DNA of 27,703 bases, from positions 1-27,703 of the forward strand of contig JBBDJA010000015.1 in assembly GCA_040880105.1 (NCBI GenBank). The letters are read 5' to 3'. Numbering within the stretch: the stretch's first letter is position 1; each line of letters opens with the position of its first letter. Source of the stretch: Waddliaceae bacterium. Lineage in GTDB: Bacteria > Chlamydiota > Chlamydiia > Chlamydiales > SLOH01. This document shows positions 19,115 through 27,703 of this stretch, one piece after another. The position numbers and the translations under genes were made by a program. The notes below the pieces were generated by a model. That model did not search any database. It was given only the letters and a program-made list of their open reading frames with translations, and was not told where the DNA came from.

Positions 19115-19446
19115 TTTCAGAGTCGTTAAACCTTATGACCTTTTCGAAGATAGGTAAATTTGACTTCTGCTATTTGTTCATTAAGCTCACAAGGAAGCTT
19201 TTCTACCCCTTGTATTGATATCCTTGGAAAGGAACTTTAGCTTCGTTCAAGGCGGATTGAACAGACAATGTCTTCATACATTCACTTCAAATTAGGAATT
19301 ACCATGGTCCTCAGTTTATGGGAGAGGCTTCCTGTTACCTCGGTACTTGGCGTGTTTTAACTTCTACAGTACTAAATGAGAGATAATGATAAAGGACTCC
19401 TTAAGCAGGTTCTAAAATAAAGAGCATACCAAAGACAAGTACAGGG

Positions 19447-20346
19447 TCATGTCTGCCCCCGAACCACTGGAGATAAAGTGAGCCAACCCAGTTGTGTCCA
19501 TGATTGAATCCAGATATGGAATTTATTCATCATAGTTTCCTGAACTTGACTGTCTTGAGATTTAATCCAGTCACAAGCCTCTAAAATATTTACTCCTTCT
19601 TTAAAGTACCCTAAAAGGAGGTATTCTGCCTGCCTGACTTTTTTCCATGAAATATTATTATTCATGTTTCTAAAAATGACATAATATAAATTATTTTTTT
19701 GACACATGGAAGAACTGTGTTTTTTTGAATACTCAGGATCATTATTTATTATTATTTCTCTTATGTTGAGCAAATCATATGAAGATTTTAATAAAAAAAC
19801 ATGAGGCTGCAATTTAATATTTTTATTTAAAAAATTCTCCTCTATTACAGCTTCTTTTGATATAGAAGGAAAGTGTGTGGTGATTGAACTTAAATAAAAA
19901 TATAAGTCGGTTTGAGCTGCATCAAATATAAGTTTCCCATCTGTTAATTCATTGTTTTCTTTAATCCACTCAGGATAATTCCTTCCAAGCACTGTTAAAG
20001 ACCAGTAATCAGGTGGGTATTTCATTAAATATTGAATGGTAATTTTTTCAAATTTCGTATAGCCGAGAAGGCTTAAGGTCAATGGAAAGTTTTTTTGCAT
20101 AAAATTAATTAAACGCCACCAATATTGTTTATTATATATTTCAATTCTTTGATGAGGTTTTAATGAATTGCTTGGTGATATATAATATTCTGCTTCTTTT
20201 TTTATGGGATTTCCTCTTGGAGAGATGGGATTAACCTCTTCATTTTCAGTGACAGGCCTTATAATAACACTTGCAAACCACTCTTGTAGATTCTTTACCT
20301 CAGTTGGAATTTCACCTAATTTATCGGAAAATTTATTTTCATTCAT
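19447..20346 (-). CDS. DUF2063-family MNIO partner protein (HvfC/BufC-like)
   Basis: LQEWFASVI, RIEIYNKQYWWRL...FPLT..LLG..KF...YL..YPP signature; directly downstream of the DUF692 gene. Confidence 0.85.
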   Translation of the reverse strand: MNENKFSDKLGEIPTEVKNLQEWFASVIIRPVTENEEVNPISPRGNPIKKEAEYYISPSNSLKPHQRIEIYNKQYWWRLINFMQKNFPLTLSLLGYTKFEKITIQYLMKYPPDYWSLTVLGRNYPEWIKENNELTDGKLIFDAAQTDLYFYLSSITTHFPSISKEAVIEENFLNKNIKLQPHVFLLKSSYDLLNIREIIINNDPEYSKKHSSSMCQKNNLYYVIFRNMNNNISWKKVRQAEYLLLGYFKEGVNILEACDWIKSQDSQVQETMMNKFHIWIQSWTQLGWLTLSPVVRGQT

Positions 20347-20374
20347 GAATAAGCTAAAAGCCTCTTTAAGAAAA

Positions 20375-21220
20375 TTAATTAAAATTATACTGAAATTCTT
20401 TAGCCCTCAAAGCCTCGGCCCACGTCTCTTGAAAAGGTAAAAAGTTGTCATCCCACTCGATCAAGGTCGAAACGCCGCCCGTAAGCGGATAGATTTCGCT
20501 GTATAGCTTCCAAACTTCATCGCATATAGGTTGATCATGAGTATCTAAAACATAGTTTCCCATATCATTATGACCAGCTAAATGAATTTGAATCACTTTT
20601 TCAATTGGTATATTTCTATAATAATCTTGAGGATCAAATCCATGATTTCGACTTGAAACATAAATATTATTTACATCCAACATCATATAAATTCCTGCAC
20701 GCTCTACTACCTCAGAGTAAAATTCCCATTCACTCATTTCATCTAGATTGAAAGAAGCATATGATGATAAATTTTCAAGGGCAAATGGTATTTCTAGAAA
20801 GTCTTGAACTATCCTAGCTCTTTCAGAAACATAGTCAATTACCCCCTTAGTATAAGGAAGTGGCAACAAATCATGAAAATGAGCTCCTGGTAAATGTCCC
20901 CAACAAAGGTGATCCGAGATCCATGGTGTTTTAGTCTTTCTAGAAAGTCTTTTTAATCTCGTTAAATAGTCAAAATCTAAAGGTGCAGGACTTCCTATAG
21001 CCAATGAAACACCATGTTGAACAACAGTATACCTTTCCAAAATTTTTTCAAGACACTCAATCTGTTTACCTCCATCAACCATAAAATTTTCACTGATAAT
21101 TTCAAACCAGTCAACATCGGGTTTTAAATTACAAATTTCATCGTAATACTCGTTTCTGAATCCAATGCCAATTCCTAAATTTGGGATTGGCTTTTTAATT
21201 CCAAGTGATTTTTCAGTCAT
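20375..21220 (-). CDS. DUF692 multinuclear non-heme iron oxidative enzyme (MNIO)
   Basis: GIGFR, WFEIISENF, HGVSLAIG, SDHLCW, DLLPLPY, LENLSSY, LDVNNIY, IHLAGH, DTH, IEWD; expected iron-ligand motifs present. Confidence 0.95.
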   Translation of the reverse strand: MTEKSLGIKKPIPNLGIGIGFRNEYYDEICNLKPDVDWFEIISENFMVDGGKQIECLEKILERYTVVQHGVSLAIGSPAPLDFDYLTRLKRLSRKTKTPWISDHLCWGHLPGAHFHDLLPLPYTKGVIDYVSERARIVQDFLEIPFALENLSSYASFNLDEMSEWEFYSEVVERAGIYMMLDVNNIYVSSRNHGFDPQDYYRNIPIEKVIQIHLAGHNDMGNYVLDTHDQPICDEVWKLYSEIYPLTGGVSTLIEWDDNFLPFQETWAEALRAKEFQYNFN

Positions 21221-21277
21221 AAAAATATGTGTTTGGTAAATGTAATTTTAATAGTATAACTCGATTTTGCAACTTTT

Positions 21278-21310
21278 ACGATCATTAGCTACAGGATAGG
21301 TAATGATCGT
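21278..21310 (-). promoter_or_regulatory. Intergenic stem-loop between the precursor gene and the MNIO gene
   Basis: ACGATCATTA (21278-21287) and TAATGATCGT (21301-21310) form a perfect 10-bp inverted repeat with 3 more pairs after a mismatch. Confidence 0.65.
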
Positions 21311-21350
21311 TATTTTTTACAAATCAAGCTAAATGCAACTTTTCTTTATA

Positions 21351-21563
21351 CTATTGAGATGACCTATCGTCATCATTTACAGAGTATGAAGTTGTAGGTC
21401 TATAAGGTCCTTTGCACTGGCCACAGGTAAGCACATCCTTAAAGGGTGTGACTGTCTCATGTATGCTTGAGTCGTTGTTTTGATCCTGAATAATCGAATC
21501 ATTTGCGCTCAATGCTGAAAGCATAGATGTTGCAACTAAAGTTGCTAGTGTATTTTTCTCCAT
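21351..21563 (-). CDS. Putative RiPP precursor peptide (Sec-type signal peptide, CGQCKG motif)
   Basis: 70 aa; AAGGAG 7 nt before ATG; hydrophobic residues 6-20; only two Cys (C47, C50); immediately upstream of the MNIO gene. Confidence 0.75.
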   Translation of the reverse strand: MEKNTLATLVATSMLSALSANDSIIQDQNNDSSIHETVTPFKDVLTCGQCKGPYRPTTSYSVNDDDRSSQ

Positions 21564-21593
21564 TTTTAAACTCCTTGTTTATGATTTTCAAAG

Positions 21594-22145
21594 TTAATCT
21601 AATATTTTTGAGACATAGAATTCATTTTCATAATTCCCATTGATAAGCACAGCAGATTTCTTAACACCTTCAACTTCATATCCATATTTTTGATAAAAAC
21701 TGATTCCTATGTGATTTGACACTCTTACTTTAGCTTGTATCCTTTTAACCCCCATTTCCTTTGCAAGATTTTCCACTATAAACAGCTTCTGAGTACCAAG
21801 ACCAATAGAGCAGTATTCATTTAGTATTCTTATACCAAATTCTGCGGTGTGCTTTTCGTAAGGATGAAATGGACGAGGTTTATAAAAACTTAAATGTGAG
21901 ACGAGTTTATTTTCATCAAATCCCCCTAACTCTATCTGCCATGCTGATTTTTTTGCATCCTTCCATTTCTCTTTCAAAAAAGTAACATCTGCAAATTGTC
22001 CCGGATAGTGTAATGTATGTGTTGTTTCACTGGATATTTGGTCCGAGAAGCTTGCATAAATATCTGCATCAGCCGGCTCTAAATGACGAACGACAATTTC
22101 TTTATCGCATTTTAATAGGACTTTTTTTGGAAGGTATGTTGTCAT
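21594..22145 (-). CDS. GNAT family N-acetyltransferase
   Basis: HTAEFGIRI, acetyl-CoA loop YCSIGLGT, VSNHIGISFYQKYGYEVEG; ATG 22145 preferred because a TATAAT lies at 22173-22178, inside the longer GTG-started ORF. Confidence 0.85.
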   Translation of the reverse strand: MTTYLPKKVLLKCDKEIVVRHLEPADADIYASFSDQISSETTHTLHYPGQFADVTFLKEKWKDAKKSAWQIELGGFDENKLVSHLSFYKPRPFHPYEKHTAEFGIRILNEYCSIGLGTQKLFIVENLAKEMGVKRIQAKVRVSNHIGISFYQKYGYEVEGVKKSAVLINGNYENEFYVSKILD

Positions 22146-22220
22146 AAATTCACTTAATTTCGACAAATTACTATTATATTGCACAAGTGTAAAAATAAGG
22201 AAAGGTAAAACAATGAAAAA

Positions 22221-22462
22221 TCGTATCTTAATCCAGTGGTAATGAGAAAGGTTGAAGGAATGATAGAAACTTTTTGCGGATTTGAAGCCTCAAAAAATCA
22301 GATTAACGATATTTCCTCTCGATTGGAGGAGGATATAGTAATATAGAAAAACCAAAGAACAGAAAAGAACTACGAATATCTAATTGTAGATGCACGCTAC
22401 GAGAAGGTACGAGAGGGCGGACGGGTATCAGTAAAGCATTTCTTGTGTGTATTGGAATTACC
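22221..22462 (+). pseudogene. IS256-family (Mutator-type) transposase fragment
   Basis: SYLNPVVMRKVEGMIETFCGFEASKNQINDISSRLEEDIVI*KNQRTEKNYEYLIVDARYEKVREGGRV/SKAFLVCIGIT; stop at 22344-22346 where the family has Trp/Phe, plus a frameshift near 22428. Confidence 0.85.
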
Positions 22463-22464
22463 CT

Positions 22465-23171
22465 AGAAGAAACATCGTTCTATTATCGGCTACGTGGATA
22501 TTCCCTATTGCCACGGAATGACAGCCGGCGAACTTGCCACCCTCTTTAACCAAGAGGAAAATGTCGGCTGCAAGCTACATGTCATCTCAATGACAGGCTG
22601 GAAAAGGGAGATGACATTTGATCAAACAGGGCTTCCTTGGATTCCGACAAGTCCGCATATCCCCGAAGCTAAAACCGCATTTTACTACCCAATGACCGGA
22701 ATTATCGGCTCTTTGAAACTCGTCAACACCGGCGTCTGGTACTCAACCCCCTTCCGTCTCATCGGCGCCCCTTGGATCAACGGGAAGGAGCTTGCCGACA
22801 ATCTGAACAGTCAAAACTACCCGGGAATCCATTTTCAACCCTTCCACTTTACCCCCTACTTTGGACGGTATCTCAAAGAAGAGTGCGAAGGCATCTACTT
22901 AATCGTCACAGACCCGCTGACCTTTAAGCCGGTAAGCACCCAGTTCCTCATCCTCGGCATGTTAAAGTCGCTATATCCCAAACATTTTCAAGACGCAATC
23001 AAAGCTGCCAAGGAACAAGAAGCCTCCATTGCGCGCATATGCGGCACAGATCAAGTGACCCACATTATTGCAAACTCACCGTATATCGCCTGGCCGCTGC
23101 GCTCTTTACATAAGCAAGAGCGTGAAAACTTCCTCCCGATTCGAAAGAAGTATCTTAACCCTCAGTATTAA
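22465..23171 (+). pseudogene. namZ: 5'-truncated namZ copy (direct repeat copy 2)
   Basis: Protein identical to the C-terminal half of 17596-18831; lacks signal peptide and the PEHG/DIQD region; in-frame TAG at the junction. Confidence 0.9.
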
Positions 23172-23186
23172 AGGGGCGCAAGGGAT

Positions 23187-23843
23187 TCAAAACTTCCCAA
23201 AGTGAAGGCCCGATAGCTTTTTAACTTTTTCGAATGTTGTCTGGAAATCGTCAAGAGACTTTTTAGGAATAGAGTCACGGTTGGGTAAAATATACGCCTC
23301 TATTTTCTTGCCGACGAAAATCACCTTAAAGAAATGGGTCGGAACGGCGACATTATTTTCACCGATCACTTCATAGATCACTACTTTTTTTCCATTTTTT
23401 GCCTTTACCGGAACAAAGAGCGGACCTGATATCACAGTGACTTTTAAATGTTCCATTGCCAACTTCCGTGTCCGCTCTTCCAGATCACCCCAGAGTCCGC
23501 AATTCAGCCTCATCGCTTGAGGAGAGACATTGGAGAGATAGAAACTCTCTTTCATTGATTCACGGGAGCATTTGTGATTAGCCGCCGCGGACAAATGCCC
23601 CCGAGTGTACCCCGAATGTTTGTAGTCATCAAGAGAGGCGCTGACCTCTTCAGGAAGGTCCGGATCTCTTCTAAAGTTCATATTTTTTCTTGAGACGAAT
23701 CCCTCGAACGCCTCTTTTCTCAAAACTTCAATCACAAACGCCGGCTGCTTTAACCTGCAATCGTAGATGAGAGAATAACGGGAACGAGAAACAAAGAATA
23801 AAGATTTAGGTAACGAACAGAAGCTTCTTGAGACAGTGCTCAT
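23187..23843 (-). CDS. DNA/RNA non-specific endonuclease (NucA/EndoG family)
   Basis: YKHSGYTRGHLSAA, SFYLSNVSPQ, LNCGLWGDLE, VISGP, VAVPTHFFKV. Confidence 0.9.
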   Translation of the reverse strand: MSTVSRSFCSLPKSLFFVSRSRYSLIYDCRLKQPAFVIEVLRKEAFEGFVSRKNMNFRRDPDLPEEVSASLDDYKHSGYTRGHLSAAANHKCSRESMKESFYLSNVSPQAMRLNCGLWGDLEERTRKLAMEHLKVTVISGPLFVPVKAKNGKKVVIYEVIGENNVAVPTHFFKVIFVGKKIEAYILPNRDSIPKKSLDDFQTTFEKVKKLSGLHFGKF

Positions 23844-23844
23844 C

Positions 23845-23874
23845 TTGACAGAAACCTGTTTAAACAGCTAAACT
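23845..23874 (+). promoter_or_regulatory. Putative sigma70 promoter of groES-groEL with a palindrome in its spacer
   Basis: TTGACA (23845-23850), 18 nt, TAAACT (23869-23874); perfect palindrome CTGTTTAAACAG at 23856-23867. Confidence 0.5.
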
Positions 23875-23898
23875 CTTTAATACTAAATTGACAGGAGA

Positions 23899-25892
<1,994 letters not shown>

Positions 25893-25913
25893 TCCCCTAG
25901 CAACCTATCCTTA

Positions 25914-25936
25914 GAAGGGGTGACTCTCACCCCTTC
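25914..25936 (+). terminator. Stem-loop downstream of groEL
   Basis: GAAGGGGTGA-ctc-TCACCCCTTC, perfect 10-bp stem; no poly-U tail, so terminator function is uncertain. Confidence 0.55.
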
Positions 25937-26027
25937 AAATTCATCTAAAGACTTCTATATAACTCAACGCTGAGACTGAACTCTCTTAATCACATTTGAC
26001 CAAACCTAAAATCAGTAAACTAGAAAG

Positions 26028-26301
26028 AGACTGCCCCGCCCGTCCTTTTGTCCAAAGAGACTGCTCGAGGATTATTGGGAGTTTTCAGCTATAAAAAAGT
26101 ACTTTATAACCCAAGTATTTTTAAGATTTCTAGAGATCAAAAAACGTTCATCCATTCTTAAGACATGCTTTGATCTGATTGAAGACATTGAATATTTATT
26201 CTTCTGTAACTCTCTTCTTCATGGCTTGTGATCCTCTTTTGTAGTTAATAGTCTACACAAACCTCTAATATTACTTGGATCGATTCATAGGCGTCAGATC
26301 A
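26028..26301 (-). mobile_element. Internally deleted, degenerate IS3-family element
   Basis: Left end TGATCTGACGCC...GATCCA, RBS AGAGGA and ATG at 26222 giving MKKRVTEE*IFNVFNQ...FYS*K (OrfA-like with stops); right end GGACAAAAGG...GGGGCAGTCT. Confidence 0.55.
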
Positions 26302-26304
26302 CGT

Positions 26305-26544
26305 TCAGTAAAAAGATTGTTTAATATTTTCAATCAATGCTAACAAAAGTATCAGCGAGAACACCATTAGAGCTGAAGTAATCCAGAAAATGAATATTAA
26401 TTTCTGTTTTTTTTTGTAAAAACTTGTATCAACTTTTAAGTGACTCACACACCTAAAAATCAACTCATACAAGTTACTGATTATGCTGAAGACAGCTAAA
26501 ACAATCACAACAACAACAAAAATAGAAAAACGATAATCAGCCAC
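26305..26544 (-). CDS. Small two-helix membrane protein, unknown function
   Basis: 79 aa, two hydrophobic segments, GTG start with GAGGAGG upstream, 8-nt overlap with the upstream ORF. Confidence 0.55.
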   Translation of the reverse strand: MADYRFSIFVVVVIVLAVFSIISNLYELIFRCVSHLKVDTSFYKKKQKLIFIFWITSALMVFSLILLLALIENIKQSFY

Positions 26545-26993
26545 GTTGCCTCCTCACTTCCCTATCTTGCTCAACGTAATCATTGCCTATCATTGTTAAA
26601 CCTGTAGTGATTAATGCGACACCGACAGGCTGAAAATAAGGCAAGCAACAGATCGAGCGTCCACAGAAGCAAGTAACTAATCCCATTGCGACACTGAGTG
26701 GAATTTCTTCATCCTCATCCATGCTTCCAATGGTCATTACTTTACTGAAATTATTGGATTTTTTTGGTTTAGCTAGCTTGTTCATTTTGTAGTATCTCAA
26801 TCTTTAAATGAATGTTTTCGCGTGTTTTGTGCTTAATTTCCCCTCTGATTTTTTTAGAAAAGTAATCAAACCCCTGCTCTAAATAGAACTCTTGTTTATA
26901 TCTATCGCTTACGTGAGCATCAAGAAAAGAACTTTGGAGAATGAGAAAACTACATAGCACGCTAGAAATATTTGGAACATAATTGTTCTGCAT
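26537..26993 (-). pseudogene. Probable frameshifted exported/membrane protein (ORFs 26769-26993 and 26537-26800)
   Basis: Upstream ORF starts with a signal-peptide-like segment, downstream ORF has a hydrophobic hairpin; they overlap by 32 nt in different frames. Confidence 0.4.
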
Positions 26994-27151
26994 TGTTTTC
27001 TTTCCTTTATTGTGAAATCTTTTGAAAGATTATTGATGTTGATCATGTTCTCAATGAGCATAGACAAAAGTTGAGCTAATGCAAAAAAGAAGCCCATGAG
27101 TGTCAATAATTTCAAGGTGTAAAAGACTACTCTAACTTGATCAGCTTCCAT
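26909..27151 (-). CDS. Small hydrophobic protein, unknown function
   Basis: GAGGAAG before ATG at about 27151 (MEADQ...), one or two hydrophobic segments; overlaps the next ORF. Confidence 0.4.
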   Translation of the reverse strand: MEADQVRVVFYTLKLLTLMGFFFALAQLLSMLIENMININNLSKDFTIKERKQCRTIMFQIFLACYVVFSFSKVLFLMLT

Positions 27152-27282
27152 TGTCTTCCTCATCATTTTTCACAGGATCATTAAGTGTTTGTCTCGATAT
27201 TAAATGCAAATCTTTCACCTTATCTTTATCAACTCTTGTATTAAAACAAATTACAGCACCAACCTTGAGCATTTATAGGGAA

Positions 27283-27441
27283 GTGACAGCTCTCCATCGC
27301 TAAATCTAGGGGGCTCCTGACTCAAAGAGAACAAAGCTTGTTTTCGCAAAAATTCGAAAGAAGACTTCTACGCGTTTTGCAACTCATGCCCTCCGACTCT
27401 ACTCTCCCTCCAAAGGCTTTACATCCCGAGTGCCCCTCGGT
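27283..27441 (-). ncRNA. Putative TnpB-associated omega-RNA scaffold / IS200-IS605 or IS607 right end, without tnpB
   Basis: Minus strand ACCGAGGGGCACTCGGGATGTAAAGCCTTTGGAG ... CAGGAGCCCCCTAGATTTAGCGATGGAGAGCTGTCAC resembles tnpB 3' ends; nested hairpins; terminal TCAC. Confidence 0.6.
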
Positions 27442-27616
27442 TAGACCTTAAAAGGTAAAAATAATTTAGATTGATTGGGTATTAAATAGAAAGAAATAAA
27501 CAAAAAAATAACTGACATCCTACACATAAAGACGAGGGTTATGCCATCAACGATAAGGTGTGGGCGCTGTTAAAACAGAACCGTATAGCTTGGGATAAAC
27601 TCCAAGAACGTCAAAC

Positions 27617-27703
27617 TCAATCCCCTTTATATTCGGCTTCTGTAATTCTTGGGTTGATTTCAATCTGAGCTTTTTGGCACTCCTCTTTAGAAAAAGGATT
27701 CGA
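27617..27703 (-). CDS. 3' end of a gene entering from the right edge (unknown product)
   Basis: Open frame SNPFSKEECQKAQIEINPRITEAEYKGD to TGA at 27617-27619. Confidence 0.4.
   Translation of the reverse strand, partial: SNPFSKEECQKAQIEINPRITEAEYKGD

Larger units (their letters stand above)
18832..22464. mobile_element. AT-rich genomic islet bounded by the namZ direct repeats
   Basis: Visibly more AT-rich than flanking genes, bounded by 707-bp repeats, contains gene fragments and an IS256 remnant; no integrase inside. Confidence 0.75.

Noticed and set aside
19270..19360. LQIRNYHGPQFM, faintly like an IS3 integrase DxGxQF motif
   Set aside because: Catalytic Asp absent and no further supporting motifs; cannot be called without a search
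22494..23171. 225-aa ORF as an independent NamZ paralogue
   Set aside because: Starts at an internal GTG with no evident RBS, lacks signal peptide and the N-terminal conserved motifs; it is the repeat copy
27520..27668. Plus-strand open stretch HKDEGYAINDKVWALLKQNRIAWDKLQER
   Set aside because: No convincing start or RBS, overlaps the minus-strand gene end, and no recognisable family

Overview
Bacterial chromosomal window, most likely from an environmental Chlamydiota lineage (inferred from the eukaryote-like LRR protein, long-form icd, short UvrD and divergent groESL; not verified by search). The left 18.8 kb holds a surface-glycan cluster (GT4, WbpA/WbpE/WbpB-like enzymes, flippase-like membrane protein, HAD phosphatase), an LRR effector candidate, a toxin-antitoxin pair, a TPR protein, icd, uvrD, putA and namZ. 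A 3.6-kb AT-rich island (18832-22464) lies between two 707-bp direct copies of the namZ 3' half. It carries a candidate RiPP operon (GNAT, 70-aa signal-peptide precursor with a CGQCKG motif, DUF692/MNIO enzyme, DUF2063 partner) plus SDR and IS256 debris. A non-specific endonuclease and groES-groEL follow. The last AT-rich patch holds an IS3 mini-remnant, small membrane ORFs and what looks like an orphan TnpB-type omega-RNA/right end with no tnpB gene.
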